NCBI GenBank assembly: GCA_965223155.1 | Contig: CBDCVR010000014.1 | Location: forward strand, 640,001 to 704,000 | Direction: 5' to 3' | Length of the DNA stretch: 64,000 nucleotides | Source of the DNA: Candidatus Multivoradales bacterium | GTDB lineage: Bacteria > Acidobacteriota > Thermoanaerobaculia > Multivoradales > JAHEKO01 | Part shown: positions 55,323 to 64,000 of the stretch, one piece after another | Position numbering within the stretch: position 1 is the stretch's first letter | Layout of the letters: each line of letters opens with the position of its first letter | Notes under the pieces: model-generated | What the model saw: only the letters and a program-made list of their open reading frames with translations | What the model was told of the DNA's origin: nothing | Databases searched by the model: none | Made by a program: the position numbers and the translations under genes

Positions 55323-58214
55323 CTAGCGGCTCCGGCGCACCGCCACCCGGTTGCGGCCACCCTTCTTGGCGTCGTAGAGGGCGCTATCCGAGCGCTCGAA
55401 GAGCTCACTCGCCAAAGCGTTGTCGTCGGACGCCAGCGTGGCGACGCCGGCGCTGACGGTGACGCAGCGCGCTACCGACGACGCTTCGTTGGGAATCTCG
55501 AGCTCCTCGACCCGTACCCGGATGCGTTCGGCCAGCTCGATGGCTTGGGCTTCGCTCACCTCGGGCAAAAGCACTGCAAACTCCTCGCCACCGTAGCGGG
55601 CGACGATTTCGCCGCCGCGGCGGGCCGCCTGCCGAAGCGTGCGCGCGATGGCTCGCAGGCAGTCATCTCCCGCGGCGTGGCCGTAGGTGTCATTGAAGCC
55701 CTTGAAGAAGTCGACGTCGACCAGGATCAACGACAGGCCACGCTGCTGGCGGCGAGCACGGCCGAACTCCTTGCGCAGGGCCTCCTGGAAGTAGCGATAG
55801 TTGGCAAGACCGGTCAGCTCGTCGAGCGTGACCAAATTCTCGAGGGTGTCGTTGACTCGCTCCAACTCACGGGTGCGCTCGGCCACAGTGGTCTCGAGCA
55901 GCACTTGCTGGCGACGGAGCTCCCGGGCTCGAATCCGAAACAGCCCGAACGTGGCCGCCGCGGCTACCAGAATCAGACCAGGAAGGAACCAGGCACGTTG
56001 GAATAGGAAGGGCGCGATCGAGAATGCGAAGGTCGAACCGTCCTCTTCCCAGACCCCGTTCTCGGCGGCTGCCTGGACACGAAATCGGTAGTCTCCCGGA
56101 TCCAGGTTGGTAAAGAAGGCCTGCCGGCGGGTCCCGGCTTCGACCCAATCGTCCTCGAAGCCTTCCAACCGGTACCGGAAGCGCACGTCGGCGGGCGAGA
56201 GGAAGGTCGGCGCGGTGTAGCGGAGCTCCAGGCTGCGGCTCCCAGCGGGGAGCGCTGCGCCCGTGGCCGCCACCGGCAGTCCGTCCGCGACCACCCGATC
56301 GATGACGGAATGGGGCGACTCTCGAGGAGCCTGCAGAGCCGCCGGGTCCAGCAGGACGACGCCACCGGTAGTGGCGAAAGCGAGCCGGCCATCGTCCATC
56401 GCCCAGCCCGACGGTTGCGTGCCACCGTTGCACTCCCGGTTCGCCATACCTTCCGTTTCGGTGAGATGCAGATCGAGACGCGCTTGCGCCGTCTGGCTGC
56501 CGTCGAGCCCGGCGGGGCGCACCCGCCAGATTCCCTGCGGCGTACACGCCCAGAGAGCACCGTGCCGGTCGGGCAAGATCTGGTACACCGCCATGTCCGC
56601 GAGCATCGACAGCTCAGGACCCGGCGCTTCGACCGACTCATCCCGGAGCCGGACCAGGCCCGCGGCGGTCGCCAGCCAGACCGTCCCGTCCGGCGACGAA
56701 TGGAGGCTCAGGATAAAGTCGTGCGGCAGCCCATCCGCCACCGAGAGCCGGCGGGCCACGTCCTCACCGAGTAGATACAAACCGGTCTCGGTGCCGACCC
56801 AGAGCGTGTCGTCGATCTGCCGGACGGCCCGCACCCGCAAGCCCCGGGGCAGCCCGTCAATGGCCTCGAAGATACCTCCGCGCCAGCGCACCAGGCCCGC
56901 GGCGGTCCCCACCAGGACAGTCCCATCCCGGCAGGGCTCGAGCACATTGATGCGTCCCGAGGGAAGACCGTCGCGCTCATCGAAGCGCCGGACGCTGCCG
57001 TCCAGGCTGCGTACCAAGCCGCGGTCGGTGCCGATCCAGAAAGCGCCGTCCGAGCCAAAGACGGTACTGCGCACGTTAGCGCTCGGATCCAGATCCAGGC
57101 CCGTTCGATGCAAGCTACGCCCGGACAACCGGTGCAGGCCGGAGCGATCCGAGCCCAGCCACAGATCGCCGTCCGTGCCCTGGGTAATGGTGCGTACCGA
57201 TAGCAGATCTCCGGCCGGGCGCACCGTGGTGACGTCCCCGGTCTTGAGTTGCAGCAGGCCCCGCCGCGAGCCCGCCCAAAGGTTTCCCTGCCGGTCCTCG
57301 AAGAGCGACCAGACCGCTTGCCGGGCGTTCGACTCGAGGCGCCGGATCTGGCTGCCATCCCAGCGGTAGATGCCGGCGTCGGCACCGATCCAGACGGATC
57401 CGAAGCGGTCGATTCGAAGAGCGTTGATGGCGCCCGGACGGCTGCCGGCGACCACGCCTACCTCAGACCACTCCTCGCCAATACGGCAGTAGACCGCGCC
57501 GTCTTCGGTGCCGGCGCACAGCTCGTCCTCGGGGCCCACGGCAACACTTCGCACCAGCCGTCCCGCCAGCTTACCGACCGGCTCGACACGAACGGCAGCG
57601 GCATCGCCGGAGCCGGGAACCCGCACCAGGCCTTTGCCGGTAGCGGCCCAGAGCGAGCCGCTCGAATCCTCCACGATCGAACGGACAAAAAGGTCCTCGA
57701 AACCGGTCTCGGTACCAAAGACTCGGAGCTCTTCCCCTCGCAATCGCACCAAGCCGCCACCGTAGGTGCCGATCCAGAGCGCGCCGCTCGAATCTACCCG
57801 GAGGGAGCGCACGTAGTCGACCGGCAGGCCGTCCTCCGTCGTCCAGACCCTGGCCTGGCCGCTTTCGAGACGGACCAAGCCGGTGCGGGTACCGATCCAA
57901 AGACCTCCGGCCGGATCGGCCGCCAGCGCGGTGATGAAGTGATCGGTCAGCCAGTCCATCGAGGCTCGGTCGTAGACCGAGAATCCGACCCCGTCGAAGC
58001 GGACGAGTCCCGCCCGCGTGCCGATGAAGAGAAACCCGTCGATATCCTGGTCCAGAGCCAGCGCGCCGTTCTGGGGCATGCCGTCAGCCACGGTCCAGAG
58101 CCGCTCAACGTACTGCTCGAGCTCCAGCGGGCCTTGGAAGGCAACCGCCCCGGCCACGGCCGAAGCCCAGCCCGCAAGCAGAACGAGGCCTATTCGTGAC
58201 GCCAGATTAACCAA
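55323..58214 (-). CDS. Diguanylate cyclase with periplasmic beta-propeller and Y_Y_Y sensor
   Basis: Repeated GxLWIGT propeller motifs, Y_Y_Y (FRYRLEG...FTNLDPGDY), TM, DELTGLAN and ARYGGEEF. Confidence 0.93.
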   Translation of the reverse strand: MVNLASRIGLVLLAGWASAVAGAVAFQGPLELEQYVERLWTVADGMPQNGALALDQDIDGFLFIGTRAGLVRFDGVGFSVYDRASMDWLTDHFITALAADPAGGLWIGTRTGLVRLESGQARVWTTEDGLPVDYVRSLRVDSSGALWIGTYGGGLVRLRGEELRVFGTETGFEDLFVRSIVEDSSGSLWAATGKGLVRVPGSGDAAAVRVEPVGKLAGRLVRSVAVGPEDELCAGTEDGAVYCRIGEEWSEVGVVAGSRPGAINALRIDRFGSVWIGADAGIYRWDGSQIRRLESNARQAVWSLFEDRQGNLWAGSRRGLLQLKTGDVTTVRPAGDLLSVRTITQGTDGDLWLGSDRSGLHRLSGRSLHRTGLDLDPSANVRSTVFGSDGAFWIGTDRGLVRSLDGSVRRFDERDGLPSGRINVLEPCRDGTVLVGTAAGLVRWRGGIFEAIDGLPRGLRVRAVRQIDDTLWVGTETGLYLLGEDVARRLSVADGLPHDFILSLHSSPDGTVWLATAAGLVRLRDESVEAPGPELSMLADMAVYQILPDRHGALWACTPQGIWRVRPAGLDGSQTAQARLDLHLTETEGMANRECNGGTQPSGWAMDDGRLAFATTGGVVLLDPAALQAPRESPHSVIDRVVADGLPVAATGAALPAGSRSLELRYTAPTFLSPADVRFRYRLEGFEDDWVEAGTRRQAFFTNLDPGDYRFRVQAAAENGVWEEDGSTFAFSIAPFLFQRAWFLPGLILVAAAATFGLFRIRARELRRQQVLLETTVAERTRELERVNDTLENLVTLDELTGLANYRYFQEALRKEFGRARRQQRGLSLILVDVDFFKGFNDTYGHAAGDDCLRAIARTLRQAARRGGEIVARYGGEEFAVLLPEVSEAQAIELAERIRVRVEELEIPNEASSVARCVTVSAGVATLASDDNALASELFERSDSALYDAKKGGRNRVAVRRSR

Positions 58215-58361
58215 TTCGTTACCGAGAAAGACTCAAACTTTGGCGGACTTGCCATGATACGCTTGAGGACCGAGCGTCTCTCGAGGGACCGGCGCCGATT
58301 CTAGAGCATTCCGACGGCAGGTTACCCCGCCGTCCAATTTCTTCCCGGAGGGAACACCAAA

Positions 58362-58970
58362 ATGGACAGTATTTTCGACCTCGTCCTCTCCCAGCTTGGC
58401 TCCAGCCAGATGGGCGAGATCCAGCGCCAGCTGGGCGTCGACCGAAGCACCGCCGAAAAAGCAGTACCGGCCGCCATGGGCGCTTTGTTTGGCGCCCTGG
58501 CCCGCAACAGCTCACAAAGCTCCGGCGCAGAGGCTCTTTTCGGAGCGTTGACCCGCGACCACGACGGCAGCATCCTGGAAGACCTCATGGGGCAGATCGT
58601 GAAGCCCCAGGAGAGCATCGGCAACGGCATTCTGAAGCACGTCTTGGGCGGAAAGCGGAACGCCGTGGAAGGCCATCTGGGCCAATCCCTCGGCCTCCAG
58701 CCGCAGCAGATCGGCAAGCTCCTGACCATGCTCGCGCCGATCGTCCTCGGCGCCTTGGGCCGAACCCAGCGCCAGAAGCAGCTGGATCCTGGCGGTCTGC
58801 GCGACCTGCTGGGCCGCGAGCGGGCCGGCATCGGCCAGCGGGTTCCGGCGGGTTCGGGAATGGGCGGCTTGGGCAGCCTGCTGGACCGGGACGGCGACGG
58901 CGAAGTCGCCGACGACATCGCCGCGACCGTGGGCAAGAGCCTGCTCAAGAACCTGTTCAAGAGACGCTAA
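58362..58970 (+). CDS. DUF937 domain protein
   Basis: DHDGSIL, GNGILKHVLG, LAPIVLG and LLDRDGDG. Confidence 0.8.
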   Translation: MDSIFDLVLSQLGSSQMGEIQRQLGVDRSTAEKAVPAAMGALFGALARNSSQSSGAEALFGALTRDHDGSILEDLMGQIVKPQESIGNGILKHVLGGKRNAVEGHLGQSLGLQPQQIGKLLTMLAPIVLGALGRTQRQKQLDPGGLRDLLGRERAGIGQRVPAGSGMGGLGSLLDRDGDGEVADDIAATVGKSLLKNLFKRR

Positions 58971-59000
58971 TTCACCCCAATACTCTGAAAGGAGAGATTC

Positions 59001-59507
59001 ATGGGACTGATTGATTTTGTAAAGAGCGCCGGCGCGAAGATCTTCGGCGGCGGTGACGACGACAAGCAGGAGAGCGGATCGCTCACGCGCGAGTACAGCG
59101 CTGCCGAGATCGAGGCCGCCAACGAGCGGCGCATCGCCGCCTACTGCGTCCGGATCATCCAGGGTCTCGGCTTCGAGGTCGAAGACCTGGCGGTCAAGGT
59201 CGACGACGGCGTCGCCACGGTTAGCGGCAAGGTCGCCAACCAGGAGACCCGCGAGAAGATCGTCCTGGCTGTGGGCAACACTCAGGGCATCGGGCAGGTC
59301 GATGACCAGCTCGAGGTCGAGGCCACCGAGCCGGAAGCCACCTACTACACCGTCGAGAGCGGCGACTCACTCTCCAAGATCGCCAAGGAACACTATGGCA
59401 ACGCCATGAAGTACCCGGTGATCTTCGAGGCCAACAAGCCGATGCTGGAGGACCCCGACAAGATCTATCCGGGTCAGGTCCTGCGCATTCCGCCGCTGGC
59501 CGACTGA
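59001..59507 (+). CDS. BON-LysM protein (Kbp/YgaU family)
   Basis: MGLIDFVKSAGAKIF, AVGNTQGI, YTVESGDSLSKIA and DPDKIYPGQVLRIP. Confidence 0.92.
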   Translation: MGLIDFVKSAGAKIFGGGDDDKQESGSLTREYSAAEIEAANERRIAAYCVRIIQGLGFEVEDLAVKVDDGVATVSGKVANQETREKIVLAVGNTQGIGQVDDQLEVEATEPEATYYTVESGDSLSKIAKEHYGNAMKYPVIFEANKPMLEDPDKIYPGQVLRIPPLAD

Positions 59508-59534
59508 GCGGCGCAAGTCATCACGTCGGAAACG

Positions 59535-59569
59535 AGGCCGGAGCGAAAGCTCCGGCCTTTTCTTTTTTC
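59535..59569 (+). terminator. Rho-independent terminator
   Basis: aggccggagc-gaaa-gctccggcct followed by a T-rich tail. Confidence 0.88.
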
Positions 59570-59597
59570 TGGCGCGCGCTGGCGGCTTCGGACGGCC

Positions 59598-59822
59598 TTA
59601 GCCGGCGTCGAGGTCGCGCAATCGCTCGACCAGGCGCTCGACCCGCCGCCGGATCTCTCGGCGCTCCTCGGCCCGAGCCGCCTCGGCCTCACCGGCGGCT
59701 CTTTCGATCTGCCTTTCGAGCTTCCGCACCCTGGCCGCCAGGTTCCGGTTGGAACGGCTGAGCTCCGTGCGCTCCGCCAGCAACCGTTCGACCTGGTCTT
59801 TCAGATGGTCCAGCCAGTCCAT
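59598..59822 (-). CDS. ZapB-like coiled-coil protein
   Basis: 74-aa coiled coil ending ERREIRRRVERLV, directly downstream of pheT; GGAGGAG RBS. Confidence 0.65.
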   Translation of the reverse strand: MDWLDHLKDQVERLLAERTELSRSNRNLAARVRKLERQIERAAGEAEAARAEERREIRRRVERLVERLRDLDAG

Positions 59823-59863
59823 GTCCTCTCCTCCGGCCCTCGGGCCTCGGTGACGCCCCGACT

Positions 59864-61900
59864 CTAGCCGGCCACGCCGAAGCGGTCGGTGAGTTCGGCG
59901 GAAAGGCGCGCGTGGCTCTCGTTGACCTCGGCCTGGGTAAGCGAACGATCCGGCGCCCCATAGCGAAACGCGATGGTGGTGCTGACCGCCCCTTCCGGAA
60001 CACCTTCACCCAGGTAGCGGTCCTTCAAGCCGAAGTCCACCAGCTCGGCCGGCCGGATCTCCTCGACTCTCTCGGCGATCCGGGCCCAGGGCACCTCGAC
60101 CGCGTGGGTCAGGGTCAGATCCACGTCGACTCCCGGAAACTTGGAGGGCGCCTCGACCTGATCGGGTTCGGTCCGGCGGAAAGCGTCTAGGGCGATCTCG
60201 GCGGCGAACAAGGCAACCGGGCTCTCGGGCTCATCGACTCGGCCTGCGTGCCCGACCCTTCGCCCTCCGACCAGAATCTCTGCCGCGGTCCCATCCAAGA
60301 AACCGTCGAGGTCAGCCGGCCGCAGCTCGACCGAGTGGGCCTGATGCTCGGCCCAGCCTTCGACCAGGCCCTTGAGATCGAAAAAATCAGCCGCGCCCTC
60401 GGACTCCCAGGGCCGGTCGGCTCCGCCCCCGATCAGGAGACCCGCCATCTCGATCTCGCCGCCGGCCCCGAAGACGTGGCCCATCTCGAACAGGCGCACG
60501 CTGTCAGCGCCCCGCCTCACGTTAAAAAGAGCGCCTTCCACCAACCCCGGCAGCAGGGATCTCTGGAGCACCGAATACTGCTCGGAAAGGGCATTGGCGA
60601 CCTCGAGCCCACGCCCCTCGGCCAGGGAGGCGAAGCGGAACGCCTGCTCGCGGCTTCCGAACGAGTAGGTAACCGTCTCGCACAGCCCGGCTGCCGCCAA
60701 GTACTCGCGAGCGCGCTGGCGCAGAGCGAAGAACCTGGGCGCGCCGGCATCGGGCCCGGTCGAAGCCGGAACTGTGGCGGCAATGCGGTCGAATCCGAAG
60801 TGCCGCAGCACCTCTTCGTAGAAATAGGCTGGGTACACCTCGCCCGAAGGGTCGGTTTCGAAATCGAATCGCCGCCAGGACGGAACCACCACCCGCCACC
60901 CCTCCGAGGAGCCGTCCTCGCGCTCCAGCTCGAAGCCAAGGCGCGCCAGGCGCGACTCGACGAACTCCGCCGGAATCTCGGCGCCCGAAAAAGCATTGAG
61001 TCCTTCGCGGCTGAAGCGGCCGGCGAGCGGCGTGGCCGCGAGCGGCCAGACGTCGATCGCTACCGGCTCGAGCTCGCCTCCGGCCAGATCGCGTATCAGA
61101 GTCGCCGCGCGCAGCGCCGCCTCGAGACAGAGTGCCTGATCCGCACCGCGCTCGAAGCGATGGCTGGCGTCGGTGTGCAACCCGAGCTTCTTGGCGCCCA
61201 AACGCACGCGCCGCGGATCGAAGTGGGCGCTCTCGATCAGCAGGTTCCGAGTCGAGTCCCCGACTTCGCTCTCCGCCCCTCCCATGATCCCGGCAAGCGC
61301 CACCGCGCCGTCGCCGTCGGCGATCACCAGGACGTCGGAATCCAACTCGCGCCGCTCACCGTCGAGCGTCACGAGAACCTCGCCGTCGCGCGCGCGCCGG
61401 ACCACCACCTGCCGATCGCGCAGGCGATCCGCGTCGAAGGCGTGAAGCGGCTGTCCATATTCCCAGAGCACGAAATTGGTCACGTCAACGACGTTATTGA
61501 TCGGCCGCACCCCGATCGCCTCGAGACGCTCGACGAGCCAATCCGGACTGGGGCCGATCCGCACTCCGTGCATGCTGACGCCGGTGTACCGGGGACACCC
61601 CTCGGTGTCTTCGATCCGGATCGAGCCCCAGCCGTTGGTTTCCGAGTGCACCGCGGCGGGCGGCTCGACCTCGGGCTCCCGCACCTCAGCCTCCAATGAC
61701 GCGGCGATCTCGCGCGCCAGCCCCAAATGGTTCATGCAGTCGGCGCGGTTCGAGGTGACGTCGAGGTCCAGGAGGACATCGCCGCCCCGAGCCTCCCTCC
61801 CCTCTACCGCCAATCCGACGCCGGTCAGGGTCGCGGCTAGATCGTCGTCGCTTGCGGGCAGCTCGACATATTGCGCCAGCCAATCTCGAGAGAACTTCAC
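59864..61900 (-). CDS. pheT: Phenylalanine--tRNA ligase beta subunit (short form)
   Basis: VTSNRADC, INNVVDVTN, GQPLHAFD, TDASHRFERG and C-terminal FDX-ACB domain. Confidence 0.96.
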   Translation of the reverse strand: MKFSRDWLAQYVELPASDDDLAATLTGVGLAVEGREARGGDVLLDLDVTSNRADCMNHLGLAREIAASLEAEVREPEVEPPAAVHSETNGWGSIRIEDTEGCPRYTGVSMHGVRIGPSPDWLVERLEAIGVRPINNVVDVTNFVLWEYGQPLHAFDADRLRDRQVVVRRARDGEVLVTLDGERRELDSDVLVIADGDGAVALAGIMGGAESEVGDSTRNLLIESAHFDPRRVRLGAKKLGLHTDASHRFERGADQALCLEAALRAATLIRDLAGGELEPVAIDVWPLAATPLAGRFSREGLNAFSGAEIPAEFVESRLARLGFELEREDGSSEGWRVVVPSWRRFDFETDPSGEVYPAYFYEEVLRHFGFDRIAATVPASTGPDAGAPRFFALRQRAREYLAAAGLCETVTYSFGSREQAFRFASLAEGRGLEVANALSEQYSVLQRSLLPGLVEGALFNVRRGADSVRLFEMGHVFGAGGEIEMAGLLIGGGADRPWESEGAADFFDLKGLVEGWAEHQAHSVELRPADLDGFLDGTAAEILVGGRRVGHAGRVDEPESPVALFAAEIALDAFRRTEPDQVEAPSKFPGVDVDLTLTHAVEVPWARIAERVEEIRPAELVDFGLKDRYLGEGVPEGAVSTTIAFRYGAPDRSLTQAEVNESHARLSAELTDRFGVAG

Positions 61901-61901
61901 G

Positions 61902-62960
61902 TCAGCCCCTCACCTGGCGTAGCAAGCGCTCGTCGCTGTCGAACAACATCCGGATGTTGGGAACGCCGTAGCGAATCATGGCGACCCGGTCCACTCCCAG
62001 CCCGAATGCGAACCCGGTGTAGACGCTCGGGTCGATTCCGCACCGGTGCAGGGTTCGCGGATTCACCATTCCCGAGCCCAGGATCTCCATCCAACCGGTG
62101 TCCGAACAGACGCGGCACCCGGTCCCTGAGCAAAAGGGGCAAGTCATGTCCACCTCGGCCGAAGGCTCCGTGAACGGAAAGTAGCTGGGCCGGAAGCGGA
62201 TCCCGATCTCGGGCGAGAAGAGCTTCTTGAGGAAGGTCTCGAGCGTCCCCTTGAGGTCGCCGAAGGTGATGCCGCGATCAACAACCAGGCACTCGACCTG
62301 ATGAAACATGGGCGAATGCCGGAGGTCGTTGTCCTTGCGGTAGGTCCGCCCGGGACAGAGGATGCGGATCGGCGGCTGGCGCTCGAGCATCGTCCGGATC
62401 TGGACCGGAGAGGTGTGCGTCCGCAGCAGCCGTCCGTCGGTCAGGAAGAACGTGTCCTGCTCGTCCCGAGCCGGATGGTCCGCGGGGAAGTTGAGGGCTT
62501 CGAAGTTGTGGAAGTCGTCCTCCACGTCCGGGCCCTCGGCAATGCTGAACCCGAGACTTCGGAAGATCTCGGTGATCTCGTCGATCACCAGGTTGACCGG
62601 ATGAATCGTTCCCAGCCGGGGCCGGCGACCGGGCAGCGTGACGTCCACCGCCGCCGAAACCTTGGCGGCGTCGACCTCGGCCGCGGCCAGGCGGCCGTCG
62701 AGCTCTTCGAGCGTCTCTTCGACCCGGACCTTGAGGCGGTTGACGCCCTGACCGAAGTCCCGGCGCTCGTCGGGGGGGAGCTGTCCCACCCGCGCCAAGA
62801 GCTCGCGCACGACTCCTCGCTTGCGTCCGATCCAGCGGACCCGAAGTGCTTCCCAGCCCTTCCGGTCAGCCACCGCGGCCGCTTCGGCGTCGAAAGCGGC
62901 AAGCTGAGCTTCGAGATCCAGTTCGATCGGCTCGATCGGCCCGATCGGCTCGTTGGTCAC
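61902..62960 (-). CDS. pheS: Phenylalanine--tRNA ligase alpha subunit
   Basis: HPARDEQDTF, LRTHTSPVQ, FRPSYFPFTEPS and GFAFGLG. Confidence 0.98.
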   Translation of the reverse strand: MTNEPIGPIEPIELDLEAQLAAFDAEAAAVADRKGWEALRVRWIGRKRGVVRELLARVGQLPPDERRDFGQGVNRLKVRVEETLEELDGRLAAAEVDAAKVSAAVDVTLPGRRPRLGTIHPVNLVIDEITEIFRSLGFSIAEGPDVEDDFHNFEALNFPADHPARDEQDTFFLTDGRLLRTHTSPVQIRTMLERQPPIRILCPGRTYRKDNDLRHSPMFHQVECLVVDRGITFGDLKGTLETFLKKLFSPEIGIRFRPSYFPFTEPSAEVDMTCPFCSGTGCRVCSDTGWMEILGSGMVNPRTLHRCGIDPSVYTGFAFGLGVDRVAMIRYGVPNIRMLFDSDERLLRQVRG

Positions 62961-63040
62961 CGGAATGTACCTCCCGGCCCGGCAGCCCTAGCTAGCGATC
63001 GAGACGGCCAAGCGACCCCCTCGACGCCCGCGATCGGCTG

Positions 63041-63457
63041 CTAGGCGTCGGCGGTTTCAGCCTCCTGCGCCGCACCGGCCTCGCTGGCGGGTACGCCGTC
63101 GTCCTCGAGAGCCTGCTTCGCAACATCGGCCAGCTCGCCGAAGGCGGCCGGCTCGCGTACGGCCAGGTCCGCGAGCATCTTGCGGTTGATCTCGACTCCG
63201 GCCCGGCTCAGACCATTGATGAAGCGGCTGTAGGACAGCCCGTGGCTCCGGGCCGCGGCGTTGATGCGCAGGATCCAGAGACTCCGGAACGTGCGCTTTT
63301 TCTGGCGCCGATCCCGATACGCGAACGAGCGCGAACGATCGACCGCCTCCTTGGCGACGCGATAGGCCCTGGACTTGGCACCGTAGTACCCCTTGGCCGC
63401 CTTGAGCACCTTCTTGCGGCGCTGGGCCTTCCTGTTTCCTCGTCTGACTCTAGGCAT
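63041..63457 (-). CDS. rplT: 50S ribosomal protein L20
   Basis: MPRVRRG...AKGYYG...[23 protein letters not shown]. Confidence 0.98.
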   Translation of the reverse strand: MPRVRRGNRKAQRRKKVLKAAKGYYGAKSRAYRVAKEAVDRSRSFAYRDRRQKKRTFRSLWILRINAAARSHGLSYSRFINGLSRAGVEINRKMLADLAVREPAAFGELADVAKQALEDDGVPASEAGAAQEAETADA

Positions 63458-63604
63458 GGGAACCTCGTTTCTGAGAATCGCCGCCAGCAGATCGGCCGCG
63501 GCGGGCGGTCGCGTCGGATCGGAACCGGCGCCCAAGCGCCGAAGACGTGCCGACGGGGTCAGCCGGACAGGTTCGTTCCGGACGGACCTCGCTCTTGGAC
63601 CGCT

Positions 63605-63799
63605 CTAGTTGTGAAGCATCTCCCGGACGGTCTTGGCCAACTTGCCGACCGCGGTGGTGGGCTGACGCAGCTTGCGCTTCCGCTTGCTGGTCTTCTTGGT
63701 GAGAATGTGCGAGTGCATCGAGTGACCGCGCATCACCTTGCCGCCACCGCTGATCTTGAAGCGCTTCTGAGCGCCCTTATGGGTTTTCTGTTTCGGCAT
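63605..63799 (-). CDS. rpmI: 50S ribosomal protein L35
   Basis: [15 protein letters not shown]...HILTKK; AAAGGA RBS. Confidence 0.97.
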   Translation of the reverse strand: MPKQKTHKGAQKRFKISGGGKVMRGHSMHSHILTKKTSKRKRKLRQPTTAVGKLAKTVREMLHN

Positions 63800-63900
63800 T
63801 TTCGACTTCCTTTGACGGATTCCCACGGCAGGGAATCCCTGGAGTTTCGAAGCTACGGCCGCGAGCCCAGTCAAGCCTTGGGCCCGCGGCCGGGCTGCGG

Positions 63901-63909
63901 ATTGTAGCA
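63901..63909 (-). promoter_or_regulatory. Extended -10 promoter element for the rpmI operon
   Basis: Minus strand reads TG-C-TACAAT, about 100 nt upstream of rpmI. Confidence 0.5.
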
Positions 63910-64000
63910 CGGCCGGGCCTCGAGTACAGTCTCGACCACGAACGTTCATCACCGATCGGAGAGAGCCATGATGAAGCCCCCGTCCTCGAGACTCGCCCAC

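Noticed and set aside
63458-63604. 147-nt rpmI-rplT spacer as an L20 leader RNA
   Set aside because: Only weak GC-rich hairpins are present, and known L20 leaders lie upstream of infC or rpmI.

Overview
High-GC bacterial chromosomal window. Gene content (acidobacterial-type VWA/Ig protein, CRTAC1/ASPIC protein, TPR multiheme cytochrome, short PheT) suggests Acidobacteriota; this is an inference. Housekeeping and envelope genes include an RluA-family 5' end, sixA, ppk1, alpha-2-macroglobulin, yceI, a ferredoxin, serC, an M23 peptidase, a TlpA-like protein, a diguanylate cyclase, kbp and rpmI-rplT-pheS-pheT-zapB. Four notable blocks are interspersed. (1) A lower-GC three-gene PemK/MazF toxin-antitoxin islet at about 6.3-7.5 kb. 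(2) A ~420-nt intergenic segment (16660-17082) that folds by eye into a nested multi-domain RNA and matches no housekeeping RNA I recognise. (3) An iadA-cphB-cphA cyanophycin operon ending in a CphA paralogue that lacks the ATP-grasp domain. (4) A co-oriented accessory cluster (36.9-47.4 kb): wHTH-TPR regulator, 11-bp-phased operator-like repeats, a Zn-PLC-like protein with its metal ligands replaced, a Cys-rich repeat lipoprotein candidate, a CPBP protease, an HTTM protein and an Lgt paralogue. No tRNA, rRNA, CRISPR array or transposase was recognised. All calls come from motif recognition by eye; no searches were run.
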